64,000 nucleotides of DNA from the NCBI GenBank assembly GCA_964247055.1, contig OZ176052.1, forward strand, positions 11,098,001 to 11,162,000. Direction: 5' to 3'. The translations under genes and the position numbers were made by a program. The notes beneath the pieces are model-generated. The model did not search any database. It was not told the origin of the DNA and was given only the letters and a program-made list of their open reading frames with translations. Shown in pieces: positions 14,083 through 27,700 of this stretch (its first letter is position 1; each line of letters opens with the position of its first letter). This DNA is from Paragordius varius (taxonomy: Eukaryota; Animalia; Nematomorpha).

Positions 14083-16095
14083 ATAGGTGTTTACATAAAT
14101 AATCCATATATATATGTATATACTTATACCAAAATCGTGAAAAATCTTGAAAAAAAAATCAATATCTATACATCATACATAAGAAAAATGTGATCAAATC
14201 ATACAAAAATATATATATTTAAACATTGTGTCATATACATTATATTATTTTTGGGTGTTATATATTATACATACTCAAAAAATTATCCATATACTTGGAA
14301 TTATTTTTAATTCCTTTATATTGTACATTAGGTCAAATATTTTAAAGTACGTATTTGACAGTGTACTCATGTCGATACAATATATATTTATGAAAATGCA
14401 CCATTATATGCGATAAAAATGTCAAATAATCTTATTCAAAAATTTATTATATCCCATTGAACCGCAATCAACCTGTGAAATTTATTAATTTACTTATAAT
14501 TATGATAACACTGGTATCTAAAATTATATCTTACTATATTTTATTAATGTGTAGTGCTTAGCATAGAAATTTAGACTAAAACAGCCAAACATATAATTAT
14601 TATTGTATAGTGATTAGTTTTAATCAATAAATTATTTGTTCTAACATTATTAGATAAAATAATTTTGTTAGAAGCTTTAGAATCACGAACTGACATCCAA
14701 AAAGATACATAGATATTCAATTTAAGGTTAAAATAATCATAAAAAATTACATCTTCATTAACTTTTTTGGTTTGAAATATCATAATTTATAATTATGTCC
14801 GGGGGTCGTGCTTATCTCTTTTGTGATAAAAGTCCGCATATAAATAAATGAGATTATATTAAACGTAATAATTAAGGAATAAAAATGTATAAATAAGTTT
14901 TATGGATTTATATATCATTATATTTTATTTTATTATGGGATAAAAAATTAATGTTAATGGAGCTATCTTGGCGTCTTAATATACTGGAGTCAAACTATTA
15001 CATTGTAATGTAATTTATATATGTGACCACAGTAAATTGTAATATTCTTTAAACATCTTTATCATTTAGCAAGATAAAACCAAAATATTTTTGTACATTC
15101 TATACCATTTTTCTCTATTTAGCCATTAGAAAGACCCTTATATAAGAATTTTAAAAAACCTCGATCTGTTCAAGAATTATATAGATTCTGTATTAGTCAT
15201 TGTTAATTTATTTTGGCCATATAAATCAACATGCTCCTATTTGGTGTCTTTGTTTTTTTAAGAATTGTCCTCAATATTTCTACTAAATTTTATCGATTTT
15301 AGTCATCTCTTCTAGTTTAAGCATAACGAATAAATTTGATGTAATTGAATCGCTGTTTTATTACACACTAATATTTATCATCAAATTAAATCGTATTATA
15401 CTTGGTATGATATTTAATTTGAAAATTTCTTAATTATTTGAATAAAAAAATATTCGGAGAATACAACATATTCTCTATTCTACTTTATTTATTTTGTTGC
15501 TAGTTTGTGGGCATTAATCAATAATAAATTTTCCTAAATGGTGTTTACTCCATTTATAGAAACAAAAAAATTCAGACAAATCAAATACTATTAAAAAAAT
15601 ATGGTAAACTTATGGTTGTTTCACATGACAAAGCACAAAAACTTGTGGGAAAAACTTGCAAATTCCAGTTTTAAAAGAGGTCAGAAAGGGGGTCCGCAGA
15701 TAAAAATTTACTGCATTTTGAAGCGATTTAAAATTTGACCATTAAATTTAATACACTAAACTTGGTATAATTAATTAAATTTATTAATTATTTGCTTGTA
15801 AGATTTAAATCCAAATTTAGTTACTCATATAGAAAAGATTTTATCTTACCCAAAATTATTCTAATCAATCCTAATTAGACAAATTTTAGGATTTACTTTC
15901 TTAAAATTACGAAAGTTAACCAAAATGACTTACAAATTCAGCGTATAGCCATTAATATCGAGTCTCTAATTTATAGTTTATGTTTTCAAAAAAATGATTC
16001 AAACCCAAAATAACTGGTTTGAAAATTCCGATTTGTGGCAAATATATTTTGCTTAGTAGTCAAAAAATATTGAAAAGCTATTTTTTGCATCAATA

Positions 16096-17108
16096 TACCA
16101 GGTGTAATCATAGGTTTTTACCAGTTTTTTGGTAAAACTAAGTATAATTTTGAAAAAAATTAATATTTTTTTTATTAAAAATATTTTTCATCTCTCAGGT
16201 GTATATGAGTGTCGTGACAGAAAATTCATTGTCTTTTGCGACAAACCCTTCGTTAAACCATTTTCCAATGTCTTCGATATTATGAATTGCTCTGCAAGAA
16301 TACGCCCCAATGATGCGAGATGTATTAGTCAGATGGCGCTAGGTCTAGAGAGTTCAGCGGGTGCATATGAATTTCCCATCGAAAAGTCTTCCATAGCTCA
16401 TTTCGGTCGTTTTTCGATTAATGCGCGGTCAAAATTAATCATTTTTTGGTGATATAATTGTGCATTATCGGAGAGGTCAAAAATTCATAATGCACAATAC
16501 CGCTCTGGTCCCCCAAAGCTCGACCGGATTGGCCAAGTGATAGCCATGATTTTTCCGCTTTAATACAAAATAAAGTTAATTCTTATCACCCGTCCCAATT
16601 CGGCAAGATTTCACAAGTCTGCAATGATTTGTCGTTCATTAAAATTGCATCGGAACTTGCGGAGTTTAGTGGATGTCTACAGATTGATTTTGTGATACAT
16701 ATGATGATTCTTAATTGTGGTTAAGTTTAAGTTGGGTCATCATCCAATAATTGTGCTTTACGTCTAAATCGCGTGTTCTTCACATTCAAATCACAACTTT
16801 TAAATATTCGAGACCATGTTTTAAATGTTTAAATAGATGAAGCATGTTCATCATATGTTTTTGCAGGCAAACGATGACTTTAAACAACCATTTTCTGGTT
16901 TAATAAGAAAAGCACTGCTTACCGCAAATGTTCTTTTTCATGCACAAAATTCAACATACTGAATTAAAACGCTATCTTTTGACGCACTTAGTGTGTGTGC
17001 TTGTAGTGTCAGATGAACAAAATGGGGTAGGTATCAAATTAATTCTGCGCACTTTTCGATGACAACTTCCCTTGGTTTTACAGTAAAAACTTAAAACTAT
17101 ACCTGGCA
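16096..17108 (-). mobile_element. Degenerate mariner (Tc1/mariner DD34D-type) transposon relic
   Basis: Minus strand gives RALIEKRPK* and WEIHMHPLNSLDLAPSD* (cf. WEVLPHPPYSPDLAPSDY), with stops and frameshifts. Left end TACCAGGTGTAATCATAGGTTTTTACCAG; imperfect inverted counterpart near 17080-17107. Confidence 0.75.
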
Positions 17109-17179
17109 ATGTTAAATTAATCATATCAAACATATTATTGGACAATTTGGTATGCACTTCCTGGACAACGTATAACTGT

Positions 17180-17713
17180 TTAACACTACATGACCTTTTG
17201 AGGTACTTTTTTACCGGGCTATCTAAAATTTGAATAATTTAAATATTTTTAGCATTGGGCTAATTTTAAAAATATGCTTTCTATAGCCATTTAGGCGCAT
17301 GATAAAAGTTTTTTTTAAAATAATAAAATTGTAAAAAATCCTCATCCCAAACTTTTGGCCTGCTATTTTATTCTTAATATTTTAATATGAATACAACAAG
17401 TAAATAAATGTATATTATGGTTAAATAAAAATAATTAAGTTTGAAGCTTTATTACAGTTTACCCGCAAGATTTTGATTATGATTAAATATGCTGTTCATT
17501 TTTAATCGTGTTTTTGAGCTATCTCAATTTTGAACTGGAAGTTAAATATAAGAATTATAAGTATTTTATCTTAAACTGGAAAAAGGTTTGATAATTAAAT
17601 TTTAACCAAAACAACTATCAAAACAGTATTTTGTTAACTACCTTAAGCTTTGGGATAAAAAAAATACCCCAAAATGTCATAGCGAACAAAAATAAAATGT
17701 TATGAAATGTTAA
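17180..17713. mobile_element. piggyBac-like non-autonomous element (MITE), TTAA-flanked
   Basis: TTAACACTAC-ATGACCTTTTGAGGTA at left; TACCCCAAAATGTCATA...GAAATGTTAA at right. Interior is homologous to the copies at 19.6, 39.3 and 57.4 kb. Confidence 0.65.
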
Positions 17714-18709
17714 AAATAAATCTTTAATAAATTTTGATTAAATATTATATAGATTTAATATAGATATATTTTTAATTATAAGTTTTTATTAACATTGTAC
17801 ATGTGGAGTTATGCTAATTAGCTCATTCTCGCTATTACTAAACATATTCGTTTTTTATATAAAACTATTTTATGTATTTTTATTTGCATATAAATTAATT
17901 TTATATAAAAATTGGAAAACAGTTACCAAAATCTTTAGATATGTGTGTGTGGTTCTGATTTTCCATTTCGCTTTATAAATCCAATTCTATAAATTAAAAA
18001 TCTTATTTCCAAAAAAATTGTGTATTGGGATTACAAAAACAACATATGTTGTGTGTCCCTTCGTTATGTGTAAATAAAGATATAAACAGAAATTATATTT
18101 CTATTTAAATATTTTTTTACAATACATTTTCGATAAATAGCTGGAATCGTAATGAAAAAAAAACCTATAAGCTAGAAATACCATTGAATATAATTTATGT
18201 GTTTTTTGACCATTTTACACATTTTGCCTTTCTTTTTTGATTCTCTTTCCATTACATTTTTTTGACTACAACCAAAAATCATTTTGTGTATAAAATTTCC
18301 ATCTAATTAACAGTATATTTTTTTACTTTTTCTAATTTGCGAGGTGAAAAAACAAAAAACTTTCTCTAAAATATATGATATTGATGTTTTATTATTTGGA
18401 CACATCTTTTTTTATCCCATCTACCTAAAATAAAATACAAAAATAAGTAAAAATATAATTTACACATTTATATTTATGCGTTAATAACGTAAATAAATGG
18501 ATAGATGAACACATAACACATATATCTTATTCTGTGTTGTGATAATTCGTGAAAATTTATAACTACTATACCAACCACATTTTATCCACAAAGATCTATC
18601 TTTTAAAATGCCATACAAAATTTAATAATGCTTCAATTATAATTTCATTACTCCAAATACTCATAATATAAAGGTTATCAAAATAGTCAATTGATTTGAG
18701 GATTATAAA

Positions 18710-21700
18710 ATGCGCTTAATTCAGCTATTTGCAAATATATTTTCCCTTTTTTGGATATACCTGATTTTATTAGCAAATTTTTATCATTCCTTAAGCATCC
18801 GATGTAAGCTTTAATTTAGTTTATTTTGTATGCGTTAATCCAAATACTTTTAAATTAATTTTTGAACTAAAATAGTAATCAAAAATGAAAATTTAAATTT
18901 ATTAGCAAACCTTATAACTTAAAGTTCAAGTTTGCAATCATAAATCATGTACATAATAAAACTATTTAAATTTTGTTTATTATTGGGTACTTTTTTTAAA
19001 TAAAGTTCATTTTGATAATAAATTTTGTTATTGACTTCCACAGATCCCAAATGTTGCCACTTGTTGATAGGAAATCCAACGTGTCAAAAAGCATGTGAAC
19101 AGGTATTTTTATCGTTATTTTTTATTTTAAAATGTTTAAACATTATGTTCTTGGGTAAAAATTAAGTAAGTTGATTACCCAAATAATGTTAGAGTTAAAT
19201 AGGAATATAGGGAATTAGACTTTAAAAATCATGCAAAATCATATAAAAATGATTTGACCGCAAAGAAGGAAATTCAAAATACTTTAAATCGGTGCGTTTT
19301 CGGATGAAAATGACTTGTGTAAAATATTTAGTATATAAAAAATACGGCGAAATCCACTTTTTCGATTTTTAAATAAGGTATTAGTTTTTAAATATAATCG
19401 CTGTAGGTTGATTGTACACTCCCATAAACCTTTTAGATTGTGGTTTTGATGAGTCAAACACGATAATAAAAAACATTTGATTAATTTTTTAAATGATCTG
19501 TGGGGCAATAATTATTTTTTAAATTTACTCAATTCCATTTAAATAGTTTTTAGTAACTCAATTAACACTCCATTACCTTTTGGGGTAGTTTTATATCCGA
19601 GAGGGATTTGAAATTCTCATATCCAAAGTATTAAAGATATTAAAACGAATTTAAAAATATGCTTCCTTTAGCCTTTTAGGCTTATCATACAAAGAAACTT
19701 TGTTTAAAAAATAAATTGTAAAAAATTCCTCATCTCAAACTTTTTTGCCGCCATTTTTATCTACAAATTTGTTTAAATTGCTATTGCAACAGGCATAAAT
19801 GTATATGATGGTTAGAAAATGTAAATAATAAAAAAGATTTCAGGCTACTTTTACCATCAAAAACTTGATATATTTTGATTTCGATATCAGTGTTTTAATC
19901 GTGTGTTTTGTCCCAATTTTAGCCTTTACAAGTCACAATATTAAAATTTATCTAATACATGAGAACAATGTTTGATAATTATATTTCAACTAAAATAACT
20001 TCCAACAATGTAGTTTATTAACGAAATTGAGCTTTGGGATATTAAAATACCCCAAAAGGTAAACTAGGACAAAAAAGTGAAAAGGCGAGGAAGTGTTAAA
20101 AATATTTTTTTTATTCTGTTGCAAAAAGTTTATTATGCGGATGATAAGCCAGGTATATTTTCCCACAATCGGCGTCACTAAGAAGGGAAGCGATTTCACT
20201 GTTATTATAGCTGTAAATATCCCGATATTCTGGTAAAAAGTGAGATGAATAGGTTTTATTAGGAATTTTCGATATAAAATTTTATTTAGCTATATAGTTA
20301 ATGTATAGATTAATCATAGTTTAAAATACTTTTGTTCAGAGTCCTGGGGGTAGTTAATATCTTAATTAATTTCTTCTTTTAAAAAATTATACAAAAGCAT
20401 TTCTTGTTAAGCTTAGTTTCAATAAATTAAATAAAAAATAGAAGATATTTTGAAGTAATCGCCATACACTCATAACTTTGAGATATTTGGTATTTAAATT
20501 TATCACTCAAAACTAAATTTCCATTAAATAGCTAATTTGTAAAGAGTGTAATTGTTTTTATTACAACCTAATCAATTAGAATTGATTTTTACAATTTTTA
20601 AATAAATCCAATGTATCGAAAATTGCTATTTATGTTAAACAATTTTTAATTACGGAAAAGAAACTAATATTAAATCTAACAATATGATAGGTTAAGATCA
20701 TTTGAAATAAAAATTCAATGAATTTTCTATATGTTAGGATTATAAAATACTGAAGGAAATGGTCTCAATTTAAATTTATCCTTCTATCCTAATAAAAATT
20801 ATATAAATATGCCAAAATATCTAAATAAATTATTTTGAAAAAAAAAGTTCCATGTCAAACTACTTCGACGCCATTTTTATTTAACAAAATTTTTGAAAAA
20901 TATCGTCTTCATTTAATTTTAAGGGTAAAACTAAAGCTAAGTTTTATTAAAATTAAATTAAACATTGGAAATAGAAAAAGGCTTTATTTTGTATTATTTT
21001 TTAATTTTACGTTGACGAAATTTTTACCTTTCGTTTTAGCTTAAAATAAATAATATCAAGTATATTTGAATAATTTCATATATTTCGGTTTATTAATGTT
21101 ATATAAGTGCAAAATTTTGCCATGGCTTCAATTCCTTCCATATTTTATAAAGAATTTTATTTTAAACAGGCCTGGGGTATCCAACTACCCCAATTTGAAT
21201 CGAAGGACCGAAATGATTGTGTTGTATCCATAAGGAATCTTAAAATTATGTATAACCATAACATTAGATGGGTTAACATTTTTCTTGAAAAACAGATAAG
21301 TGTCATTCATACATATAAAATAATCCTAAGCCAGCCCTTGTCAATAATCCTATTTAGTGTCTATCTCTGTTGCAGTTTTTCTCGTAGTTTTTAAGATAAT
21401 CTTTTTTTCAAAATGTCTGAATAGTATGAATTGACGACTTGGAAATCTTATCCTTCTCTTTATATATATAAATATATATAATGAACTTTTAAAACAAAAT
21501 TGTTCTCAATATATATTCTATGAGACTGACAGCCAATAGCATAAGTAAGTACACACTATACATAATAATGAACAAACAGCCAACTAGTAATAATTTGAAC
21601 CCCCCCAAAAAAATATGACAACCTATTATTTACTTCTAATCCGTCATCTCTCCTCAATATATATCTGTAAAAAAATTTTATCACATTTTTACTTAGAAAG

Positions 21701-24700
21701 AAAAGAAATATTTTCCCCATAATTTATGAGAGTCTGGGGAAGTTTTGCTGTTTACATAACTAATTGGATACCATTGACTTTTATACCACAAACTTATCTC
21801 TAAACAATCACATACACTCACCTTATGAATATTTATGAAAAACAGCAGCAAATATCATTTTAAAAATGAGATTTTTTGGACAGATAGATAGATAAATGGT
21901 CAGAAGAGTTTACATTAAAACTAATTCAATTATATACTGACATGAATGAGCCAAATTGTAACCAGTAAAAAGATTAATACCATCGAATTTATAAATTAAT
22001 TTATGCACAATTATTTATTATATTAGGTAACCTTATCACTTTCAGTTGAAACTCGGTACCAAAAATTGAGCAATGTTCATGCCTTATGTCCGGATAATAA
22101 GGTTTAACCACTTTTTGCTGTTTTATAAAATTTAAATAGTTTATTTCGATTTAATTAGTTAATCATTATTTTTAGGTGTTTTGGACGTGTATGAATACCA
22201 TCATTAATGGTAAGTGTTTATACTAAATGTTTATGATTAATTTATGAGTAATTGTTTAATTTTAAAAGTGTAAAAAATTAAACTCAACTCATACTTTTTA
22301 GTACTCATAACTATGCGGTTTAAAAACTTAGGATGTTGACGTTAACTTTGAGAATCGAAATATAAATTAATTTTCATGTTAAGTTTCTAAAAATAAAATG
22401 TAAATGCTAAGAATTAGTCTGTACTTTAGGGATATCAGTGTTTCATTAATGGTTAAGATAATATTTTCAGGCAGCTAATTTAATTACCCTCTAAACAAAA
22501 AATTTATGTGTATTTATGCAAACGTTAAAGAATCCTTAAATATTATATATATAAGTAAATTATCATATAGTTCCTTATTGTTGGCAAAAAATATCTTTTT
22601 CTAAAAATGATTATAGGTTCCTATGTCCACGTGTTTATTAAATATTTGTTTAAACACATCAAGAAAACAGTTTTAAAGAGTTTTTATAAGTCAATCATAA
22701 ACTTTTTATTGTGTTGTGGCTTATCATCCATGCATATTAAATTAATTAATTAACCAAATTAATTAATTTTATGACCTATAAAATATTATATTTTTATGAA
22801 TATTAATAAGTTATATTTAACCACAAGTTTAACTATAAATAAAATTATAAAAAACTTTTTTACCAACAATAATATGATAATATATATAAAAACAATTAAT
22901 CGATCCTATAAATGATTAATGGTTGTTTTTCAATATAATTACAAAATTGGAAATTTGCAAACGTTTCAGATTACTCAAATAATTTCGATAATTTTTGGGT
23001 TTTAACGCCACAAATGAATAGTAAGCGGAAAAAAACATATTATTTATATATAAACTTTTAGCTCATTTTAATTTTAAGTTCTAAATAGAGGTTTTCAATG
23101 ATTCAAAAGAACAAAATTTTAGCAAACTAAAAAAATTACATCTTAAATTCTTATATTATCATAAATATATGACAACTTTAGTTTAAGTCCATATTTTTAA
23201 AATTTGAATCATAAAAAATCAACTAACGGCGCATTTCGTTTTTTTTTCGTACAAGACGATTAACCACATATTTTTCAGATTAGTAAAACGAGAGACCACA
23301 GATAGAATATTTATGCTAATTGGTCCTTTTTAATGTCATAATCAGTTTTTTAGGAATCCGGAACAGAGTTAAGTGATTATTAAGACGCTGTATGGTTTTG
23401 GTTCTTTAAGGCCATCAAATATCATACGGAGCTTAAATTATACTTTATAATAAAAAAATTATATTCCGTTTATAATATAAATTTCGCCAACACTGGAATA
23501 GTTTTAGTAAAAAATACCATATTTGTTGATAAAGGTTTGTGCTATCATTTCCTTTTACAATTATTTCAAATCAGTCCATTTATAGATATTTAATTTTTAC
23601 AGGCTTTTGTTTCACCTAAATTCCATAAATATTTATAGTTACAATCTATAATAATATTATTAATCTATATACATGCTTGATTTTATTGGTTTTTCATTTA
23701 ACATCATATAACGTTTGTTTTCTACATTTTTAGCAACAAATCAAGCATACGGTTGGTTAGGATGGCCATGCTGTAATTTAGCCATAAATCAAAATTGCTT
23801 TCTTAGTTGTGTTACGGTACAACAAACATTTATTTTGCTTTAAATTACTTTTAATGCATTCATATGCAAAACTTTTTCTAAATCTTAATTGAAAAATAAT
23901 TTTTTTAAATTAAGAGTTTCTTGCTTTCCCTAGATTAAATTTTTAATTTAACATAGTCTACAAGCAAATCCCTGGTATCCAAAAATTGCAGGCCCAGTGA
24001 TGAGATTACATTTTACCAATGTTTGAAAAAACAAGAAGGTACGAATGCGAATAACTCCTTTTTCACACCAAAAAATATTTTTTTATAGTTTTATAATAAT
24101 ATTATTTAAGAGGGAGATTAGTTAGTATACTAAGTAATTTAATGAATTATCAGAATTTGTTTGACAAGTTTGTCATTTACAAAAAAATTACTGTTTATAT
24201 ATTTCATTAAAAAAACGAGTAAGCCATATTACGCTTTACTGTTATAAATTTATGATGTTTAGAGGGTGAAATTTGTTGCAGTAATGCAGCGAATGAGGAA
24301 TGTCGCCATGCGTGTTGGAGAATATTCAAGAAGGAATCAAGCCCTACGGCCGATGATAATTTGTTTGTCCAACGCAAATGTGGTCAAAGCAATAAACATG
24401 TCCTTCGATGCATTCAGAATTACACGAAAACAACCCCGGCAAGAAATCCGGCAGAAAGTCATTTTTACATATCTGTTTCCAAATTATTTTATTTTGTTTA
24501 CTATTTGTTTATTTATAAAAAATGCACATATACTACAGTATGATTAAAAACACATTGCTAGAAAGTTATTAATATTGCCAAATAGTAAATACAACAAAGG
24601 GCAGTGTTATTGGCTTATAGTTATTTTTTTCACTTTTTTACTATCATTAGCCAATAATATTGCCCCCTTTGTTGTATTTACTATTTGGCAATAATTAATA

Positions 24701-27700
24701 ACTTTCCAACAATGTATACTTACTCATACTGTAATACACCCTATAAATGAATCAAACATTCTCGTATAACAGAAATATTATTCTATTTAGTATATTATAT
24801 AAAGTTTGGTTTGACTTTAAAAAAATATGAAAAAATGAATATTTGTGAATATGTTATTAAAAAATCCGTAAATTGAATATTATAGTATAATATTTTTTCT
24901 AATAAAATATTATCTCAAAATTAAATAGTTAAAAATTTTATTTTTTTAAATTACATAATACTATTTATAGATTTAAAATGTTGCCATGAATCATCGAATG
25001 AAACGTGTCGCAAGAAATGTCGCGAAATTTTGTTAAACTCAACGACTGAACAAGAAATTGTTGATAAATTGATTGAGAATTGTGGCCAGGCCCTTCCCAA
25101 CGTTTTTCGATACTTATAAATTCATAAATTATTAATGAATTAATATACCATTACATAGTTTATTTATGATGCGCAATAATTGATATGTAATTTTTTGTTT
25201 TAGAATGCAATGTGGCAATGCTTTATCCGTAATTCTGAGGTCAATCGACATGACCCTAACCGTGAAATTAAGAGTCAAAGTAAACCAAATACAAAATTTT
25301 TAGAAACAATTTATATTTTTATATATTTAGTGTTAATTAATTCAATAGGTTTATTTATGAATGGAGATGAAGAAGATGAAAGTTTTGAATCAGATTATAC
25401 CGTTATGTTGGATCCAAAAGCGGAAAAACGTAAAAATACTTTTGTTGATGGCAGAAACGATAATCAGAATGGAAATAATAATTATAATAATGCTGCTGCT
25501 AAATACAGCGATGATTGGGAAAATGGGGAGGAAAATTTAAATGATGCCGAGTATGTACATAGATTATAGTTTAGATTTTTTTATATTTAAAACTTTAATA
25601 GGAAACAATAAAACAGGTTAAAAGAAATTTTTCGAATATTGCTTAAATTACATAATATTTTTCAAAAAAATAAAATTAGTATTTTTCTATATGAATAAAT
25701 GTGTTGTAAAATCTTTAAGAGAGAGAGAATTTATTTTCCCATGTGAAATGTTTTAAAATAATTTTCTATATATATCGACAGTAAATAGCCATATTATTGG
25801 CTCAAAAATTTTTCGATTGTCGTATATAGTAAATAATCAAACTTTCACTTTGTATAGAATACGAAAATTTTACCCGTGCCTACATGCCCTCAAAATGTTT
25901 CATAGGCAATCAAAAATTTGACAATATAGAATAATTAAAAAAGAGTTCATAATACATTTGAATATAATTATGTGTATATATATATATACAGATTTGCCGA
26001 TTCTTTGTTGTCTGATGACGATATTTATAATACGAGACACCATTATCACCCAACATCCAAATTGGATATTGCCGGTTTGGACGCTGTCAAGCTCCAATGT
26101 TGTTCCAAAGCGGTTACTCAAACTTGCCTTGATCTCTGTTACAAGGTATTAACTCAAATTTTGAATTTTTATAAATACCAAATTTATCTTTTAACATATA
26201 TTTTACCACTACGAGGAATATAATATCTAATCTAGGTCTTTTAGTGCGGGGTGTCAAACACGCGTCCTCCGAAATTTCTGCAGCCCGCGAGAAATTCAAA
26301 AAATATTTGACGTAATCTAAATAAAATTGATCTTCCTAAACAAATTTTTCGATTTAGTTTTTCTGAATTTTGGCAATGAACTAGCATAAATATTTGCTTT
26401 TACAGTGTTAGCTAATAAAATATTTGTTAAGGGTCATCTATTTTGCAAATGCGGCCCGTAGTTTTTTTCATCAAAAATGAAGCCTGCAAGCCATTTGTGT
26501 GTTTGACATCCCCATTTTATAATGATTTCAATTTAAACAACGTTGATTTGCTTGAAAAATTGGGTAAATGACGAAATGTATTCGAAAAAAAATGGAACCA
26601 CCATAATTATATATTTCAATGTATATTTAGTCTTACAGCTTAGAAGCAAACGGTAATTGGAATGAATTCAGTGAAAATTGTCAATACAATCCGATCGAAG
26701 CCAACTTAATTGCTTGTATTTCGGAAGGTAAATAACCACGTTGATTTTAGATCTTTTAAACATTATGTTCGTTTCGGTGACTTCTACGATTAAAATAATT
26801 ATATATATCATATTTTTAAGATAACAATTTTTAAATCATATATTACCTATTGGTTAATAAACACTTTTCAACCATAAAAGTGTTATAAAATTGTTTTTAA
26901 TTCATTATTCCATATAAATGTTAAACCCAACATAAAATAACATTTTATTTACATTTACATATCATACACACACACATTTAGTTGATGAGCCATGTACACT
27001 GGGTTGCACTCAGCATTTACCATTTTGTGGGCATTTATTTAACCACAGACCGCTGGATATGTTTAGATCGTGTAAGCCAGCCTCTGATCGTGCCGCTCAA
27101 GAACTCATGCATTCCTGGTATACGGCTTCATCGTTAAGCCTTCCCAGCCTTGATATTCCCATACTTAATATAAAATCTTGTAATCCTCAGCATTGGAGAA
27201 CGATAGCTTGTGTGCTTGAAATTAAACCGTGTCACCCTGTGAGCCACACTACACTCATTTGTCGGTAAGAAATGTTACTCATTTTTTTGGCCTTGTTATA
27301 AAATATACCATTTATATTCAACTGAAACAAGGGTACATTAATTTTTAATTTGTATTTTAATTTTATTTTTACGTTTGACAAAGTTTACTTGTAGTAATCG
27401 AAAATTTATCCTAATAAATATATTCAATTTTAGCTGAATTATAATTAGTAAATTAGTAAATTTAGAGTTTTTAAAATGGAATTAATTTAGTTAATTGCAC
27501 AACACCCCAATTAGAAAGTTAATTAATTTGTAACGTCTATCCAATCTACATAACTCTTTGGCTCTTTTTTGTAACCAATGATGGAATATTTGTATTTTTA
27601 CTAATTTTTTTTAAATATATATTAACAATAACGGATCTATAATAATTTAAGGCCAAGATATAGATAGCGTTACAAATTTATATCTGTTATAGATCAGATT

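Noticed and set aside
14800-15720. Possible decayed hAT (Buster-type) transposase on the minus strand (WLNREK, cf. WLSRGK; GGGGTCCGC nearby)
   Set aside because: Too many stops and too little similarity to support by eye; needs tblastn.
16129-16452. Plus-strand 107-aa ORF
   Set aside because: Antisense shadow of the decayed mariner transposase.
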